Source: Eledone cirrhosa (lineage: Eukaryota). From it: a stretch of DNA of 64,000 nucleotides. The stretch is from the NCBI GenBank assembly GCA_964016885.1, contig OZ024745.1, positions 26,784,001-26,848,000 of the forward strand, read 5' to 3'. Made by a program: the position numbers and the translations under genes. This document shows positions 60,273 to 64,000 of this stretch, one piece after another; position 1 is the stretch's first letter, and every line of letters starts with the position of its first letter. The notes under the pieces are model-generated. The model made no database searches. It saw only the letters and a program-made list of their open reading frames with translations, and was not told the origin of the DNA.

Positions 60273-60830
60273 AAGTTTTTTTAATATAAGGAACTGTTTC
60301 TTTGTTTATTCATTATTTTTTTTAATAATTTATCTTGTCTCTGTTTTCCGTTTATTTTTCACCGAAAGTAGTTTTTGAATGCATCTTCTCTTTTCATGAT
60401 ATCCGGATTACATTGAGTTCTTCATACGGATTGGACACTACCGTAAACTTTTGGTAGATTTATCTACATATATATATGTATACATGTACATGTATATAAA
60501 TTTATATATATATATATCATATATATATATATCAAACACCTACGGTAGTAGGTGTATAATATTCTTAAGGTCCCATTTCGGTCACTCGCGACACCTTCAA
60601 AGCTTTGTCACTAATTCAATTTTTGATAGAATTGGATGCGGTTCTTTGCACTTTATAGAACCATAGATAAGCTACTTTTTGACATAAAAATATTGAAATT
60701 TGGTTCAGTAGAAAAAAAGTTACATAAAAATAAGTGAGGACCAAAAGGAACTACATACATAAGTAACGCTTAGTTTGTTTCTAATTGCTAATACATTAAA
60801 ATAGTGATAGATTGTGCAATAGCGAATTGT

Positions 60831-60903
60831 GGTCAGGTAGCTCAGTCGGTAGAGCAGCGGACCGGCAATCCGAAGGTCGTGGGTTCGATTCCCACTCTGA
60901 TTA
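60831..60903 (+). tRNA. tRNA-like gene or pseudogene, nominal Ala(GGC)
   Basis: 73-nt cloverleaf: GGTCAGG/TCTGATT, GCTC/GAGC, loop CCGGCAA, GTGGG-TTCGATT-CCCAC. TTTT terminator follows. C33 and 3 G-U pairs in the acceptor stem are atypical. Confidence 0.6.
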
Positions 60904-61016
60904 CTTTTCCTATCTGCACTTCTTCCTATTCATTATTATTTATTTAACTTATTTGTTGATAAATATTTTTAATATTAATAAAATATCCTTGCATTGCCTG
61001 GAAAAAAAGTGGATTA

Positions 61017-62232
61017 CAGGGAAAAATGCGGGCGCATGTAAAGAAATATTCTTAAATTAATAAACCTAGAAAAGTAAAGGACAAGTTATTACACCTGGAA
61101 AAGTAAAGGACAAGAAAACTTCTTCTTAAAACTTCTTAAAATATTGCAGCTAAAGTCTAAATTTAAAAAAAAATATTTAGATTATGAAACTAAAAATAAA
61201 TAATTATAAGTTAATTGTTAAAAAAATATCCCTTTAAAGTACTGGAAAAATGACTGTCTTATAGGGAGAGTTGACTACTGTATACTTAATTTTTTTCTTG
61301 GTGTATACAAATTAATCTTTTTAAAATAAAATTTGTACAATAATTTGTACAATAATTTGTACAATAATTAATTAATAATAATAATAATAATTAATATGTA
61401 CAATTTATTAATTTATGTTATAAGATATTTAAAAATGTTAACTCTTAATCAAATTATATTTTTTTAAATTTAGTTATAAAATAATGCAGTAAAATAAATC
61501 AAAAACAGTGCATCATATAATTGCACTTTTTATGAGTATTACAGATTTTTTTATAATATAGTAAAATTCAACATCTCAAGGGGCAAAATTAGGTAAAAGT
61601 CAATTCATCAATTATTCATTTATAGTGAATCAATCAATTATAGTGAATTCATCAATTCATTAGATGAACTGTTGAATTAGACAATGTTTAATTTTTAATT
61701 GTAGTCTAATTTTACTCTACCTAAAAATGTAGATTGGTTAATTTGATCTCTGACAGGTCTTAAATTTCATTATTAAACAATTATAATTTGTTATTATTTA
61801 TCATTACAGTTGGCTCCCTAATTAATTATTAATTAATTGTTAGTGTCATTTACACGCCAAAATTTTGTTTTATTTGATGTTTATAATTGTCACTCATTTT
61901 TTCAGTCCCGTTTAGTAAAGTAAAATAAAGTATATTTATTTAATGACCCAACCACTATGGTGTAAATTAGGATCACAAAATTAAATAAATGATCATAAAT
62001 TAGTATTATTATCAATTAGAGAGTCAACTGTATTATTAGAATTTATCACTTTCTATGTATATTTAAATCAAATATTTTTTATTATTCAAATTTATACTAT
62101 AGCTGCAATATTTTAAGAAGTTTTAAGAAGTTTTCTTGTCCTTTACTTTTCCAGGTGTAATAACTTGTCCTTTACTTTTCTAGGTTTATTAATTTAAGAA
62201 TATTTCTTTACATGCACCCGCATTTTTCCCTG
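61017..62232. mobile_element. Non-autonomous long-TIR element, about 1.2 kb, very AT-rich interior
   Basis: TA|CAGGGAAAAATGCGGG ... CCCGCATTTTTCCCTG|TA, ~135-bp TIRs with an internal gaaaagtaaaggacaag direct repeat. Confidence 0.75.
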
Positions 62233-62294
62233 TAATATATATATGTATACATGTACATGTATATAAATGTTTATATACATATATATATATATAT

Positions 62295-62502
62295 AACGAA
62301 GGAAATGTGGTAAGGAACCAGATGGACCATAACGCACCAAAGTACTCAATACTTAGGGTAGTAGAGTGGGTAATAGGAACGAGTAGGACCCCTACGGCTC
62401 AGCTCAAGCCGTTTCGACGGCTAATTCTGGACTAAAATTTTAGTCCAGAATTAGCCGTCGAAACGGCTTGAGCTGAGCCGTCGGGGTCCTACTCGTTCCT
62501 AT
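62295..62502 (-). mobile_element. Fold-back mini-PLE, family A copy 6
   Basis: Tail plus near-perfect palindrome centred on gactaaaattttagtc. Confidence 0.8.
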
Positions 62503-62503
62503 T

Positions 62504-62540
<37 letters not shown>

Positions 62541-62554
62541 TGTGTGTGTGTGTG

Positions 62555-62617
<63 letters not shown>

Positions 62618-63260
62618 AAGGAAGTGTGATAGAGGAAGAAAGATATATATATATATATGTATGCACAAATATCCATAATCCACACCCAGACCGATACACA
62701 TTGCAACTGTCTCTCTATCAGACATAAGCACACAGCCGGACTTACACATGTATAGATACCCGGCTCTCTATTCTATCATTCTTCCTTTCTTTCGCTAGAC
62801 ATTTCTCTAACTCTTTCATATTTATATATTCATGTTGTCTATTATACTTTCTCACTTAATATTTGTCTTGTTTAAACGCTACATTATCAGCATGATGTGG
62901 AAAATATTCCTTCAGCGTTGCCCAAATGATGTTGGAGTGACCTTTAAACGACACCCAAGGCTTGGGCCCCGTCTATCCGACCACAACAAAAATCAAACTC
63001 GCATCTCATAACAACAATACGGCTACAATTATTTCACCTCAATCGACCCCGTTGGTGGTGCTATTAAGTTACCCTGGACCAATACAGGCCAAACCTATCA
63101 AACTTACCAAAGTTATATATATATATACGCACACACACATATACACACAAACTTAGAAACCCTTCCTATTTAGCTGGAAAATTCGCTACGCACAAGTTAT
63201 ATGATGCATGTGACTTAATATTCAGTCACCAAATTTTAGTTAGATACAGTAATTTTGTCT

Positions 63261-63354
<94 letters not shown>

Positions 63355-63693
63355 CTCTCTCTCTCTCTATTTATCTATCTATCTCTCCCTCTTCCCCCCC
63401 CTCTCTCTCTCTTCCATGTTCCTTCTCTGTCTCCTTCTCTCTCTCTCAATGTCTTTTAATTTACTCTCTCACAACCACTATCTCTTTCTCTCTATCCTTC
63501 TCTCTATATATTTATAAAGGTACCCGGAAAAAGTCCAATCTCGGGAACCCGTGCTCCGATATACGCTAAACTTGTTTTATTCCATTTGTATTCCCATTTC
63601 AGGGGGACCTTCCTTTCAAAGTTTTTTCCGATTATTCACCCCTTTCGCTGTATTAAATTACAAGCAAAGACATAATCGCAGAGATTTAGTAGT

Positions 63694-63807
<114 letters not shown>

Positions 63808-63898
63808 GAATAGCTTTCACCGAATTTTTGACTAAAGGAATTTTAGCCTGATAATGGGGTTTAGAACCCTCAGATTTCAAACCTGCTCACTGTTTCAA

Positions 63899-63970
<72 letters not shown>

Positions 63971-64000
63971 TATATATATATAAATATATATATATATATT

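Overview
AT-rich, microsatellite-saturated eukaryotic DNA. The repeat content (MetaSINE-type SINEs, Penelope, R4/Dong and RTE retroelements, very dense (TA)n/(CA)n/(CATA)n) suggests an octopus or other coleoid genome, which is an inference. No intact host gene is recognisable, and almost all ORFs in the track are microsatellite artefacts. Real content: two Penelope-like (Neptune-type) GIY-YIG remnants, at least 7 type I hammerhead ribozyme cores, a decayed R4/Dong RT-RLE LINE, an RTE 3' end with three C2H2 fingers, more than 10 MetaSINE copies, mariner-type MITEs, a 528-bp tandem array and an odd tRNA(GGC)-like gene. The most striking pattern is a set of short fold-back (palindromic) inserts in (TA)n tracts from several unrelated families. 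Most share one architecture: inversion apex in hammerhead stem II, hammerhead 3' half, and an unpaired tail that opens with an ACTC..GAGT hairpin.
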